A DNA stretch of 46,030 nucleotides from Halothiobacillus neapolitanus. GTDB taxonomy: Bacteria; Pseudomonadota; Gammaproteobacteria; Halothiobacillales; Halothiobacillaceae. A program made the position numbers and the translations under genes. Location: the NCBI GenBank assembly GCA_020722165.1, contig DYLI01000001.1:1-46030 (forward strand), written 5' to 3'. Positions 31,887 through 40,992 of the stretch are shown in pieces (the first letter of the stretch is position 1; the number at the start of each line of letters is the position of its first letter). The notes under the pieces were generated by a model. That model did not search any database and was not told the DNA's origin. It saw only the letters and a list, made by a program, of their open reading frames with translations.

Positions 31887-32182
31887 TTAGCCACAGAGAA
31901 CACAGAGGGCACAGAGTTTGAAATCTTTGCGACAGCAATTTGCGTTGACCGACTCAAAACATCTTTGCGAAAACGTTGAAGGGAATATTACGCTACGTGA
32001 TCCGGCTAAAAACCGGATAAGCGTAAATTGTGGGACGAAGGGTCTCCCCCTTTGTAAAAGGGGGATTAAGGGGGATTTGAACGTATTGAACTGTGTCGCG
32101 ACCTCCAAATCCCCCCCTACCCCCCTTTTCCAAAGGGGGGATAAGACAACAACTCTGTGGGCTCTGTGACCTCTGTGGCTAA
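31887..32182. repeat. CACAGAG-arm element, copy A4 (3 units per arm, ~236-bp interior with nested palindromes)
   Basis: TTAGC-CACAGAG-AA-CACAGAG-GG-CACAGAG ... CTCTGTG-GG-CTCTGTG-AC-CTCTGTG-GCTAA. Confidence 0.9.
32045..32142. repeat. CCCCCTTT/AAAGGGGG palindrome doublet nested in A4
   Basis: TCCCCCTTTGTAAAAGGGGGATTAAGGGGGATTT ... AAATCCCCCCCTACCCCCCTTTTCCAAAGGGGGGAT: two hairpins in inverted orientation. Confidence 0.8.
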
Positions 32183-34433
32183 TTTCAGGTTTTCACCCCT
32201 TGCAGCATGTCTACTCCTGCTGCCCATTTTCCCCGCACAGGCTGCGGACAACTTCGCCCTGTGCCCACCATTTGCACCCGAATTGCCCGATTTACCCGCG
32301 CTAGAGGCCAACAGCCCGGCGCTGGCCGCCGCCGAGCGTGGACGCTACGATGGCAAGCTCGCCACGTTAGAGGGCGCCGCGCAGTTGCAATATGCCGACC
32401 AGCGCTTGTTGGCTGAACGCATTGACTACACCCTAAGCCCCGAAAACATTGAAGCCCAAGGCACACTGCGTTATTGGGATAGCACGCGCATCCTGTTTGC
32501 CGAGCGTGGGGTATTTCAGCCCAGCCTTGAACAAGGCCAGGCCGAGAATGTGCGCTTCTGGCTGCCCGCGCCGCACCTCTCTGGCACCAGCGCGCAGGTC
32601 ACCCGCCTGAATGCCAATCAAGACCAGCTCAAGCAAGTCAGCCTAAGCAGTTGCCCCGAACCCAAGGCAGGCGAAGTGCGCGATTGGACGCTGAATGCAA
32701 CGCAAGTTGACCTCAATCACAGCACAGGGCGTGGCGTGGCGCACGATGCCTGGCTGAACTTCAAAGGCGTGCCGCTGATGTACGCGCCGTATTTTGATTT
32801 TCCACTCGACGACCGTCGCGCCAGCGGCTTTCTTTACCCCAGCGTCAACTACAATAGCAACGTCGGTGCCAGCGTCACCGTCCCTTATTACTGGAACATC
32901 GCCCCGGATAAAGATGCCACCTTCACCCTGCGCCCGATGAGTCAACGCGGCGTGATGCTCGGCGCTGAATATCGTCAACTGTGGCAAGAGGGACGCGGCA
33001 GCCTGCGCGGCGACTGGTTACCTAATGACAACGACACCGGCGAGTCGCGCTACCTTTACGACATAGAGGCACAGCAAAGACTTGCCGACTGGGACGGCTC
33101 ACTGGCCATACGTCGCGTATCGGACTTCGACTACCTGCGCGATTTCGGCAGCAACTCACTGATAAGCAACACCGCCTATCTTGAGTCGCATGTCCGCGCA
33201 AACCGCATGTTCAATAGCTCCATCAACGAGCAGGCCGGTCAGTGGAATCTCTCGCTTCTTGCGCAGGAATATCAAAACCTGAGCTTCAGCGTGAATGGCG
33301 CCAGCCTGCCCTACAAGCGCATGCCGCAAGTCCTGCTTTCCGGCGCACAGGCTCTTGGCCCTGTGCGCCTGAGTCTGCTGACCGAAGCCGTGCGTTTTCA
33401 GAGCGAATACGCCAACAACCCGGAAGGCGAGCGTTACGCCTTCATTCCCACACTCTCGCTGCCCCTTGAGGAGCGTTGGTACAGCATCACACCGAGCGTC
33501 GGCCTAAGCAGCCTGCAATACCAAGTCGATACCTCGAACGCCCCATCTCAAACAACCTCGCAAAACATCCCCGTCAGCAGTGTGGATGCGCGCTTTTTCT
33601 TCGATCAGTACGGCGAACATTTCAACCAGCAACTTGAGCCGCGCCTGTACTACCTCTACGTGCCTTACCACGAACAAAACGCGCCGCTGTTCGACACCGC
33701 CTTACCGCTGCCCAGCCTCTCACGCCTGTTCAGTTCCAACCGTTTTATTGGCCGTGACCGCCAGGGTGATGCCAATGCGCTCAGCTATGCCCTGACCTGG
33801 CGCGCCCTGGATGCCAAGGAAGGCTATGAGCGCCTCAGCCTCGGCCTAGGCCAGCAATACCGCTTCTTGGATGAGCGCGTCACTCTCAACCCCGGCGACC
33901 CCATCACGCCGCGAGGTGCAGGCGAAACCATTGCCGAACTCAATGCAGGCTTTAGCCGCGAGTGGAGCACGCGCATCACCGCGTCTGAAAGCCAGACCTA
34001 TGCGGTGTTAAGCTACCGCCCGCAGCAAGCCGCCTCGGCAGACGAACTGCCACATCAACAACATGCCATCAATCTGTATTATGGCAATCAAGCCGAAGTT
34101 TCCGGCCTGCCCAAACTAAACCAGGTCGGCATCTCATGGGTCTGGCCGCTGAGTCGCCAATGGCAAATCCTCGGCAATGTCGCGCAAGACCTGGATGTGC
34201 AAAAACCCGTGCAACTCCTTGCTGGCTTGGCCTATGAAAGCTGCTGCTGGCGGATCAAATTCGGTGCCGAATACTACGCCGTAAGCAACCCGAACCCCGA
34301 TATTGTGGAATACTCCACCTCGGCGTTATTGCAATTTGAACTCAAGGGTCTGGGCAGCGCAGGCTCACAGACGGATCGACGCTTTGAACGTGCTATTCTT
34401 GGCTACCAGCCGGATGGTTCATCCCGGTTCTAG
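32175..34433 (+). CDS. lptD: LPS assembly protein LptD
   Basis: Signal peptide ending AQA; conserved Cys pattern (LCPP, SSCP, SCCW); RRASGFLYP, PYYWNIAPDKDAT and LQFELKGLG motifs; upstream of surA. Start is a GTG at 32157, 32166 or 32175. Confidence 0.93.
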   Translation: MANFRFSPLAACLLLLPIFPAQAADNFALCPPFAPELPDLPALEANSPALAAAERGRYDGKLATLEGAAQLQYADQRLLAERIDYTLSPENIEAQGTLRYWDSTRILFAERGVFQPSLEQGQAENVRFWLPAPHLSGTSAQVTRLNANQDQLKQVSLSSCPEPKAGEVRDWTLNATQVDLNHSTGRGVAHDAWLNFKGVPLMYAPYFDFPLDDRRASGFLYPSVNYNSNVGASVTVPYYWNIAPDKDATFTLRPMSQRGVMLGAEYRQLWQEGRGSLRGDWLPNDNDTGESRYLYDIEAQQRLADWDGSLAIRRVSDFDYLRDFGSNSLISNTAYLESHVRANRMFNSSINEQAGQWNLSLLAQEYQNLSFSVNGASLPYKRMPQVLLSGAQALGPVRLSLLTEAVRFQSEYANNPEGERYAFIPTLSLPLEERWYSITPSVGLSSLQYQVDTSNAPSQTTSQNIPVSSVDARFFFDQYGEHFNQQLEPRLYYLYVPYHEQNAPLFDTALPLPSLSRLFSSNRFIGRDRQGDANALSYALTWRALDAKEGYERLSLGLGQQYRFLDERVTLNPGDPITPRGAGETIAELNAGFSREWSTRITASESQTYAVLSYRPQQAASADELPHQQHAINLYYGNQAEVSGLPKLNQVGISWVWPLSRQWQILGNVAQDLDVQKPVQLLAGLAYESCCWRIKFGAEYYAVSNPNPDIVEYSTSALLQFELKGLGSAGSQTDRRFERAILGYQPDGSSRF

Positions 34434-34493
34434 GCCTGAAACACACAATCTAGTCGCATTCTTACCTCATTTATTACTTTAACGGTCGCCCAC

Positions 34494-35915
34494 ATGCCTC
34501 GTTTAACACTCAGCATCACCACCCTACTTCTCAGTCTCGCCAGTGCGCACGCCCTTGCAGCCGAGCCTACTAAAGTACCGGCCAAATCAAATGCAAAGGC
34601 CGCCAACACACAGGCAGCGGCCAGCGCACCTACAAGTACAACGCCCATGCTGCTTGATCGCGTGGTTGCCATTGTCAACGACGATGTGATTACCGAGCGC
34701 GAATTGCTGCGTCAAACCGCGCTCATCAGCAACCAGTTGCGCGCCAATAAGCGCCCCATGCCGCCCACCGACGTGCTGCTACCCCAAGTGCTCGAGCAGA
34801 TGGTCACACAACTCACCGAAGTGCAGATCGCCAAGCGCGCAGGCGTGACCGTCGATGATCTGACGCTCGACAACACCTTGCGCGGTATCGCTAGCGACAA
34901 CGGCATGAGCATAGAACAATTCCGCGCAGCTCTGGCCAAGGAAGGCACGGCTTGGGCTGACTTCCGTGAACAGATTCGTCGTGAAATCACCATTAACCGC
35001 GTGCAAAAACGCGAAGTGATTGACCGCATTCAAATTTCCGACAAGGAAATCGACGATGCCTTGAATATCAAACGTGGCCAACAAAAAACCGGTCAAGCCA
35101 ACATCGAATACCATGTGCGCCAGATTTTGATTGCCCTGCCGGAGTCAGCTTCCCCCGAAGATATCGCCAAGGCACGCAGCAAGGGCGAAGAAACCCTGCA
35201 AGCCCTGCGCGCCGGCGGCAACTTTGCCGCACTCGCGGCCAGCGTCTCCGGCGCACGCGACGCGCTGGAGGGTGGCGATCTTGGCTGGCGCAGCGCCGAC
35301 CGCCTGCCCACGATTTACACCGAAGCCGTCATGGCCATGCAGCCCGGCCAAATCTCTGATCTGATTCGCAGCCCGAGCGGCTTTCACATTGTTCAGCTTG
35401 AACAAACACGCGGCGCAACGGCCAATGCAGCCACCAGCCAAGACGTGAAGCTCACTGAAACCCATGCTCGCCATATCCTGATTCAAACCAGTGAGGTGGT
35501 GAATGACGACGAAGCGCGCCGCCGCCTGGAAGACATTCGCCAGCGCCTGGCCAAGGGTGAAGATTTCGCGGCACTCGCCAAAACTTATTCCAATGACAAA
35601 GGCTCGGCCGAACGTGGCGGTGACTTGGGTTGGGCACGCCCCGGCATGATGGTTGAAGAATTCGAGCGTGTGATGAGCAGTACGCCAAAAGGCCAAGTCA
35701 GCGCCCCATTCCGCAGCCAATTTGGCTGGCACATTCTCGAAGTGCTGGAAACACGTGATGCCAGCGGCAATATCGAAGTGTTGCGTCAACAAACACGCGA
35801 AGGCTTGATGCGCCGCCGTGCCGAAGAGGAAATTGATCGCTGGCAGCGTCGCATTCGTGACGAAGCCTATATCGAGATTCTGCTTGGCGCTGCGCCCGCA
35901 CAGCCCAAACCATGA
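34494..35915 (+). CDS. surA: Periplasmic chaperone SurA
   Basis: [14 protein letters not shown]; two parvulin domains (GGDLGW twice, GFHI/GWHI). Confidence 0.93.
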   Translation: MPRLTLSITTLLLSLASAHALAAEPTKVPAKSNAKAANTQAAASAPTSTTPMLLDRVVAIVNDDVITERELLRQTALISNQLRANKRPMPPTDVLLPQVLEQMVTQLTEVQIAKRAGVTVDDLTLDNTLRGIASDNGMSIEQFRAALAKEGTAWADFREQIRREITINRVQKREVIDRIQISDKEIDDALNIKRGQQKTGQANIEYHVRQILIALPESASPEDIAKARSKGEETLQALRAGGNFAALAASVSGARDALEGGDLGWRSADRLPTIYTEAVMAMQPGQISDLIRSPSGFHIVQLEQTRGATANAATSQDVKLTETHARHILIQTSEVVNDDEARRRLEDIRQRLAKGEDFAALAKTYSNDKGSAERGGDLGWARPGMMVEEFERVMSSTPKGQVSAPFRSQFGWHILEVLETRDASGNIEVLRQQTREGLMRRRAEEEIDRWQRRIRDEAYIEILLGAAPAQPKP

Positions 35916-36919
35916 ACCCAAACCATGCGCCAGCCTCCTTGCTAAAGCTTGCGCTTACGCCGGGTGAGCCTGCGGGCATCGGTCCTGACCTAGCGATTAT
36001 GCTGGCGCAAAAAACTCTGCCGGTAGAGCTGGTCGTTTTTGCTGACCCTGATCTTTTGAACGCGCGGGCAGAGCACATTGGCCTGCCGCTGCACCTAACT
36101 AAGCACGATCACCATCGCCCTGCACGCTTGGCCAATGCGGGCGAGCTCACCATTTACCCCGTCCCACTGCGTGCGCCGGTGCAGGCAGGGCAGCTTACTG
36201 TCGCCAACGCAGAGTATGTTTTAGACACGCTGCGCATCGCCACGCGCACCTGCCTGAGTGGGGAGATGGCCGGACTGGTCACAGGCCCGGTGCACAAAGG
36301 CATTATCAATGACGCAGGCATAGCATTTAGCGGGCATACCGAGTTCTTGGCCGAATTAAGCGGCGGGCATCCAGTGATGATGTTGGCCGCAGGCGCACTG
36401 CGCGTGGCTCTCGTCACGACACACCTACCCCTGCGCGCCGTAGCCGATGCGATCACCGCGCCAACACTAGAGTGTGTCTGCCGCATTCTCGAGCATGACC
36501 TGCGCACGCGCTTTGGTATTGCAACGCCGCGTATTCTAGTGGCCGGACTCAACCCCCACGCCGGCGAAAGCGGACATTTGGGGCGTGAAGAAATCGAAAT
36601 CATCGAACCGGTGCTTGATGCGCTGCGCGCGCGGGGCTTGAACCTGATCGGCCCACTTCCTGCCGACACCTTATTTACCCGCGAGCGCCTGCAACACGCC
36701 GATGCGGTACTCGCCATGTACCACGACCAGGGTTTGCCCGTGCTCAAATATGCTGGTTTTGGCGAAGCGGTCAACATCACCCTTGGCCTGCCCTTGATTC
36801 GCACCTCGGTCGATCACGGCACGGCTCTTGACCTTGCTGGCACGGGACGCGCTCACGTCGGCAGCCTGCACCAGGCCGTACTCATGGCACACACGATGGC
36901 AACCCATACTCCCACATGA
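35912..36919 (+). CDS. pdxA: 4-hydroxythreonine-4-phosphate dehydrogenase
   Basis: [26 protein letters not shown] and RTSVDHGTA motifs. Confidence 0.97.
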   Translation: MNPNHAPASLLKLALTPGEPAGIGPDLAIMLAQKTLPVELVVFADPDLLNARAEHIGLPLHLTKHDHHRPARLANAGELTIYPVPLRAPVQAGQLTVANAEYVLDTLRIATRTCLSGEMAGLVTGPVHKGIINDAGIAFSGHTEFLAELSGGHPVMMLAAGALRVALVTTHLPLRAVADAITAPTLECVCRILEHDLRTRFGIATPRILVAGLNPHAGESGHLGREEIEIIEPVLDALRARGLNLIGPLPADTLFTRERLQHADAVLAMYHDQGLPVLKYAGFGEAVNITLGLPLIRTSVDHGTALDLAGTGRAHVGSLHQAVLMAHTMATHTPT

Positions 36920-37740
36920 ACACCAACCACATCCCACGCAAACGCTTTGGTCAACATTTCCTGCACGATCAAGGCGTGATTGGCCGCATTGTTGACGCGA
37001 TTGCCCCACAACCCATGAACATCTCCGGCGAGCGTCTGGTTGAAATCGGCCCTGGCCTCGGTGCATTGACCCTGCCCGTTCTGGCGCGCTGCCAGCAGCT
37101 CGACGTGGTGGAGCTGGATCGGGATGTGATCCCGCACCTGCTCGCCGCCGCGCAAGGCAAAGGCGAAATCATTGTCCACCAAGCTGATGCGCTGCAATTT
37201 GATTTTGCCAGCCTGTCGCAACACGGCGAAAACCTGCGCGTGATCGGCAACCTGCCCTACAACATCTCCACGCCGCTGATGTTTCATTTATTTGAGCAGC
37301 GCCATAAAAATGGCTTGGGAAACGCGCCACTGATTAGCGACATGACCTTCATGCTGCAACTCGAAGTCTGCGAACGCCTCGCCGCCCCGCCCAACAGCGA
37401 GCACTACGGCCGTTTGTCGATCATGGCGCAGTACCATGCCGACATCGAATTTTTATTCCATGTCGGCCCCGAGGCCTTCGACCCGCCACCCAAGGTGGAT
37501 TCCGGCATCGTGCGCCTCACGCCCTACGCCACACCGCCGGTGGACGTTGGCGATCATGCCCTGTTCTCGCTTATGGTGTCGCGCGCCTTCAATATGCGCC
37601 GCAAAACCCTGCGCAATGGGCTGAAAGGGTTAGTCGATGATGCCGGTTTTGAGGCCGCAGGCATTGACCCAATACGCCGCGCAGAAACGCTCAGCCTGGC
37701 TGAATTTGCAACGCTCAGCCGCCAAGCGAAACCCGTCTAG
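36916..37740 (+). CDS. rsmA: 16S rRNA dimethyltransferase KsgA
   Basis: [23 protein letters not shown] and PPPKVDS motifs. Confidence 0.97.
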   Translation: MNTNHIPRKRFGQHFLHDQGVIGRIVDAIAPQPMNISGERLVEIGPGLGALTLPVLARCQQLDVVELDRDVIPHLLAAAQGKGEIIVHQADALQFDFASLSQHGENLRVIGNLPYNISTPLMFHLFEQRHKNGLGNAPLISDMTFMLQLEVCERLAAPPNSEHYGRLSIMAQYHADIEFLFHVGPEAFDPPPKVDSGIVRLTPYATPPVDVGDHALFSLMVSRAFNMRRKTLRNGLKGLVDDAGFEAAGIDPIRRAETLSLAEFATLSRQAKPV

Positions 37741-37752
37741 CACGGAGTATCC

Positions 37753-38499
37753 ATGCCACAAATGCACATCTACCCCGACATTCCAGAGCTTGCCGCAGCA
37801 GTCGCGCAGCGTTGGCTCACGCTGGCCGAACACGCCATCGAAGAGCGTGGTCGCTTTACTGTCGCACTGTCTGGCGGACGCACCCCGCGCGCGCTGTATG
37901 GCCTGCTTGCCAGCCCCGCTTGGTGCGAGCGTATGCCCTGGGCTCAAACTGAGCTGTATCTGGGCGACGAGCGCTGCGTACCGGGCGACCACCCCGATAG
38001 CAATGCGCGCATGGTGCATGAAACCTTGCTCGATCATCTCACCCAGCCCCCGATGTTCTACCCGTTAGTCAAATGCCCCGAGCAGCCTGCGCAAGATGCC
38101 GCACATTATGCGCAACTACTGCGCGAGCGCTTGACCGAAGATGAAGCCTACGCCCCACCCTGCTTCGACTTGATACTTTTGGGCATGGGCGCCGATGGGC
38201 ACTTTGCTTCACTCTTTCCTGGCACCCTTGCCATTGAAGACCGCGAAAGCCTGGTGCTCCCCGTCTGGGTGGAGGCATTAAACGCGTGGCGCATCTCCTT
38301 GGGGCGGCGCGTGATTGCCGCAGCAAGACACCGTATCGTGCTGGTCACCGGTGAGGATAAAAGCGCCACTTTGGATGAAATCATCCACAACCCGCTTTCA
38401 AACAAACCAATTGCCCGGCTGCAACAACAAGCCGAACTTGAATGGCATATTGACCAAGCGGCCTCGTCCAACCTAATTGACCACTCTGTCCATGAATAA
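37753..38499 (+). CDS. pgl: 6-phosphogluconolactonase (DevB type)
   Basis: ALSGGRTP, GDERCVP...SN, LLGMGADGHFASLFP and GEDK motifs; GGAG RBS. Confidence 0.92.
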   Translation: MPQMHIYPDIPELAAAVAQRWLTLAEHAIEERGRFTVALSGGRTPRALYGLLASPAWCERMPWAQTELYLGDERCVPGDHPDSNARMVHETLLDHLTQPPMFYPLVKCPEQPAQDAAHYAQLLRERLTEDEAYAPPCFDLILLGMGADGHFASLFPGTLAIEDRESLVLPVWVEALNAWRISLGRRVIAAARHRIVLVTGEDKSATLDEIIHNPLSNKPIARLQQQAELEWHIDQAASSNLIDHSVHE

Positions 38500-38866
38500 G
38501 CCCGACATTGAAGTAAGCACCTTTCCAACTTTTCTGGAACAGCACTCCGACGCAGCGCAAAACCGATTCGCCTTCGCCTACACCATAACCTTGAAAAATC
38601 GTGGACAGGAAGCCGCGCGCCTGATCGAGCGCCACTGGATCATCACCCACGCCGATGGGCAAACCGAAGTCGTGCGCGGCCCCGGCGTAGTCGGCGAACA
38701 GCCCTTGCTCGAACCGGGTGAGAGCTACACCTATTCGAGTGGTGCGGTCATCCCAACACCTGTGGGTACGATGCAGGGCGACTATCTGTTTGTACGCGCC
38801 AATGGCGAGCGCTTTCTGGTGGATATTCCCTGCTTCACGCTATCCATCCCGCGCGTGCTGCACTAG
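38492..38866 (+). CDS. apaG: ApaG
   Basis: FAFAYTITL, RHWIIT, GPGVVGEQP and GTMQG motifs. Confidence 0.95.
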   Translation: MNKPDIEVSTFPTFLEQHSDAAQNRFAFAYTITLKNRGQEAARLIERHWIITHADGQTEVVRGPGVVGEQPLLEPGESYTYSSGAVIPTPVGTMQGDYLFVRANGERFLVDIPCFTLSIPRVLH

Positions 38867-38874
38867 GCATTGCC

Positions 38875-39534
38875 ATGCCAAAGCATATGCAAGCGAAACT
38901 ACCCAGCACCCAACCGTTGCGCTATGCCTACACGCTCTGGGCACCTTTTTATGATGTTTTACTCGGCGCATCAGCCATTCGGCAGGCGCGCAAGCGAAGC
39001 CTCGACCTGCTCGACGAGTGGCAGGACAAACACGTGCTCATCGTAGGCATGGGCACTGGGCTGGACATCCCGCTCTTACCGCATGGTGCGCATTTCACCG
39101 GTATCGATATTACCCCGGCCATGCTGGAACGCGCCCGAAAATGTGCCCAAGACTGTGGAACACCGATTGAAATTCATATCGGCAATGCTATGCAACTGGA
39201 CTTTGTAGATGAAGCCTTCGACCGGGTTATCCTGCACCTGATTCTTGCCGTCGTACCCGACCCACAACGTGCATTGGCTGAAGCCGCTCGTGTACTCAAG
39301 CCGGGCGGGGAAATTCTGATTCTGGACAAATTTTTGCGACCAGGCCAAAAAGCCCCTTTGCGCCGTGCCTTAAATATCCTCACGCGCAATCTGGCCACCC
39401 GCACCGATGTGGTACTGGAAGACATACTCTCGACATACGAAAACCTTAAAATAATTCACGATCAACCCGCCCTCTTGCGCGGCTGGTTTCGGCACATTGT
39501 CTTACGCAAACAGTTAGAAATTTCAACGGGATAA
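38875..39534 (+). CDS. Class I SAM-dependent methyltransferase, PmtA-like (phospholipid N-methyltransferase family)
   Basis: YTLWAPFYD, VGMGTG, GIDITPAML and ILAVVPDP...EAARVLKPGG motifs; substrate is inferred. Confidence 0.75.
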   Translation: MPKHMQAKLPSTQPLRYAYTLWAPFYDVLLGASAIRQARKRSLDLLDEWQDKHVLIVGMGTGLDIPLLPHGAHFTGIDITPAMLERARKCAQDCGTPIEIHIGNAMQLDFVDEAFDRVILHLILAVVPDPQRALAEAARVLKPGGEILILDKFLRPGQKAPLRRALNILTRNLATRTDVVLEDILSTYENLKIIHDQPALLRGWFRHIVLRKQLEISTG

Positions 39535-39538
39535 GCCC

Positions 39539-40384
39539 ATGTCTACCTACGTCATTGGCGACTTGCAAGGTTGCCTCGACCCGCTCAAGCGCTTGCTGGA
39601 GCAAATTCAATTTGATCCCGCCCGCGATACGCTCTGGTTTGTCGGTGATATCGTCAATCGCGGGCCGCAGTCACTGGCTACGCTGCGCTATGTCCGCGAG
39701 CTAGCAGATTCGTCAATCACCGTACTCGGCAATCATGATCTGCATCTGCTTGCTGTCGCTTACACCGGCAAGAAAAGCAAGGGTAAAGATACGCTGGGCG
39801 ACATTCTGCATGCCCCCGATCGAGATGAGTTATTGGATTGGTTACGCCAACGCCCACTGGTTCACCATGATGCCAAACTGACCGCGCTCCTCGTTCATGC
39901 CGGTATCCCACCTGCATGGAGCATCCAAGATAGCTTGGCGCATGCTCATGAAGTACAAAAAGTCTTAAGCGGCGACAGTGCCGTTGAGCTGCTAAGCATC
40001 ATGTATAACGACCAGCCCGATATGTGGCGCGATGATCATAGCGAGAGTGAACGCCTAATTTACAGCATCAACGCTTTCACGCGGATGCGCTACGTCAAGA
40101 GCGATGGACGCATGGAGTTCAAAAACAAGGGCACTCCAAAACTCGCGCCTGCCAACCTGATACCGTGGTTTGACATGCCACGCCAACCACTAGGCGCACG
40201 CATTTTCTTTGGGCATTGGTCAACCCTTGGGCTGATACGCCTGCCCAATCATGCCGTTGAAGCACTCGCCATGGACTCGGGTTGTTTATGGGGCGGGCGA
40301 TTAACCACCATCCGCGTCGATGACCCGGAATTACCCATGTATTCCGAGCCTTGTGAAGAAGCAGCAAAACCCGGCCTGGAATAA
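39539..40384 (+). CDS. apaH: Symmetrical Ap4A hydrolase
   Basis: GDLQGC, GDIVNRG, GNHD, HAG, GHWS and DSGCLWG motifs. Confidence 0.96.
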   Translation: MSTYVIGDLQGCLDPLKRLLEQIQFDPARDTLWFVGDIVNRGPQSLATLRYVRELADSSITVLGNHDLHLLAVAYTGKKSKGKDTLGDILHAPDRDELLDWLRQRPLVHHDAKLTALLVHAGIPPAWSIQDSLAHAHEVQKVLSGDSAVELLSIMYNDQPDMWRDDHSESERLIYSINAFTRMRYVKSDGRMEFKNKGTPKLAPANLIPWFDMPRQPLGARIFFGHWSTLGLIRLPNHAVEALAMDSGCLWGGRLTTIRVDDPELPMYSEPCEEAAKPGLE

Positions 40385-40385
40385 T

Positions 40386-40490
40386 TAGGGATTACGCAAA
40401 ATTGCCCCAACGGCATTAAAACCGCCTCGCCGTACTAAGTGTACTGACATCAAAACTTGGCCTTGCTGGAACAATGGTCCATATGTCCGA
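40386..40490 (-). repeat. ERIC-like element, copy B3 (reverse orientation, one decayed end)
   Basis: Reverse complement reads ...TTCCAGCAAGGC...CAGTACACTTAGTACGGCGAGGCG...TTTTGCGTAATCCCTA; begins 1 bp after the apaH stop. Confidence 0.8.
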
Positions 40491-40505
40491 CCAATAAACA
40501 GACAT

Positions 40506-40535
40506 AAAAAACCGGGGAAACCCCGGCTTGTTTTT
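40506..40535. terminator. Bidirectional intrinsic terminator (end of the alpha operon / apaH)
   Basis: AAAAAA-CCGGGG-AAA-CCCCGG-CTTGTTTTT. Confidence 0.85.
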
Positions 40536-40562
40536 GAACCAACTAGAGATAAGTGCTGAAGA

Positions 40563-40946
40563 TTACTCAGCCGCAACATCCACTGCATTAGGGCGATCAA
40601 CCAACTCGACATAGGCCATAGGCGCATTGTCGCCCGGACGGTAGCCACAGCGCATGATGCGAATGTAACCACCGGGACGGGTTTTAAAGCGCGGGCCCAA
40701 ATCGGTAAACAACTTGGCAACGATAGACTCATCGCGCGTTTGGGCAAAAGCCGAACGACGATGTGCCACGCTGTCATCTTTGCCTAAAGTAATGAGCGGC
40801 TCGGCTAAGCGGCGCAGCTCCTTGGCTTTAGGGACAGTAGTACGAATGATTTCGTGCAAAAAAAGCGAGTTGGTCATATTCCGCAGCATAAGCTTACGGT
40901 GTGAGCTATCACGGCTCAGCTGACGACCGATTTTACGATGACGCAT
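40563..40946 (-). CDS. rplQ: 50S ribosomal protein L17
   Basis: MRHRK...[10 protein letters not shown]...RPGGYIRI. Confidence 0.98.
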   Translation of the reverse strand: MRHRKIGRQLSRDSSHRKLMLRNMTNSLFLHEIIRTTVPKAKELRRLAEPLITLGKDDSVAHRRSAFAQTRDESIVAKLFTDLGPRFKTRPGGYIRIMRCGYRPGDNAPMAYVELVDRPNAVDVAAE

Positions 40947-40992
40947 AAGTAGAAGTTCCTTAAACTTGTCCTGCCAGATTAGACGATGCTAA

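Noticed and set aside
31887-32169. ORFs 31918..32169 (+) and 31887..32108 (-) as cargo genes
   Set aside because: They are translations of the repeats themselves (PLCKRGIKGD, LCALCVLCG), with no RBS or recognisable domain.
31887-32182. CACAGAG units as a CRISPR array
   Set aside because: Units are 7 bp with 2-bp spacers and occur as inverted arms. There are no 23-47-bp direct repeats with unique spacers and no cas genes.
8913-40384. pap, rppH, ppa, adk and apaH as a dedicated polyphosphate/Np4N module
   Set aside because: They are spread over 31 kb in separate operons, several in their usual conserved contexts; no shared regulatory motif was seen.
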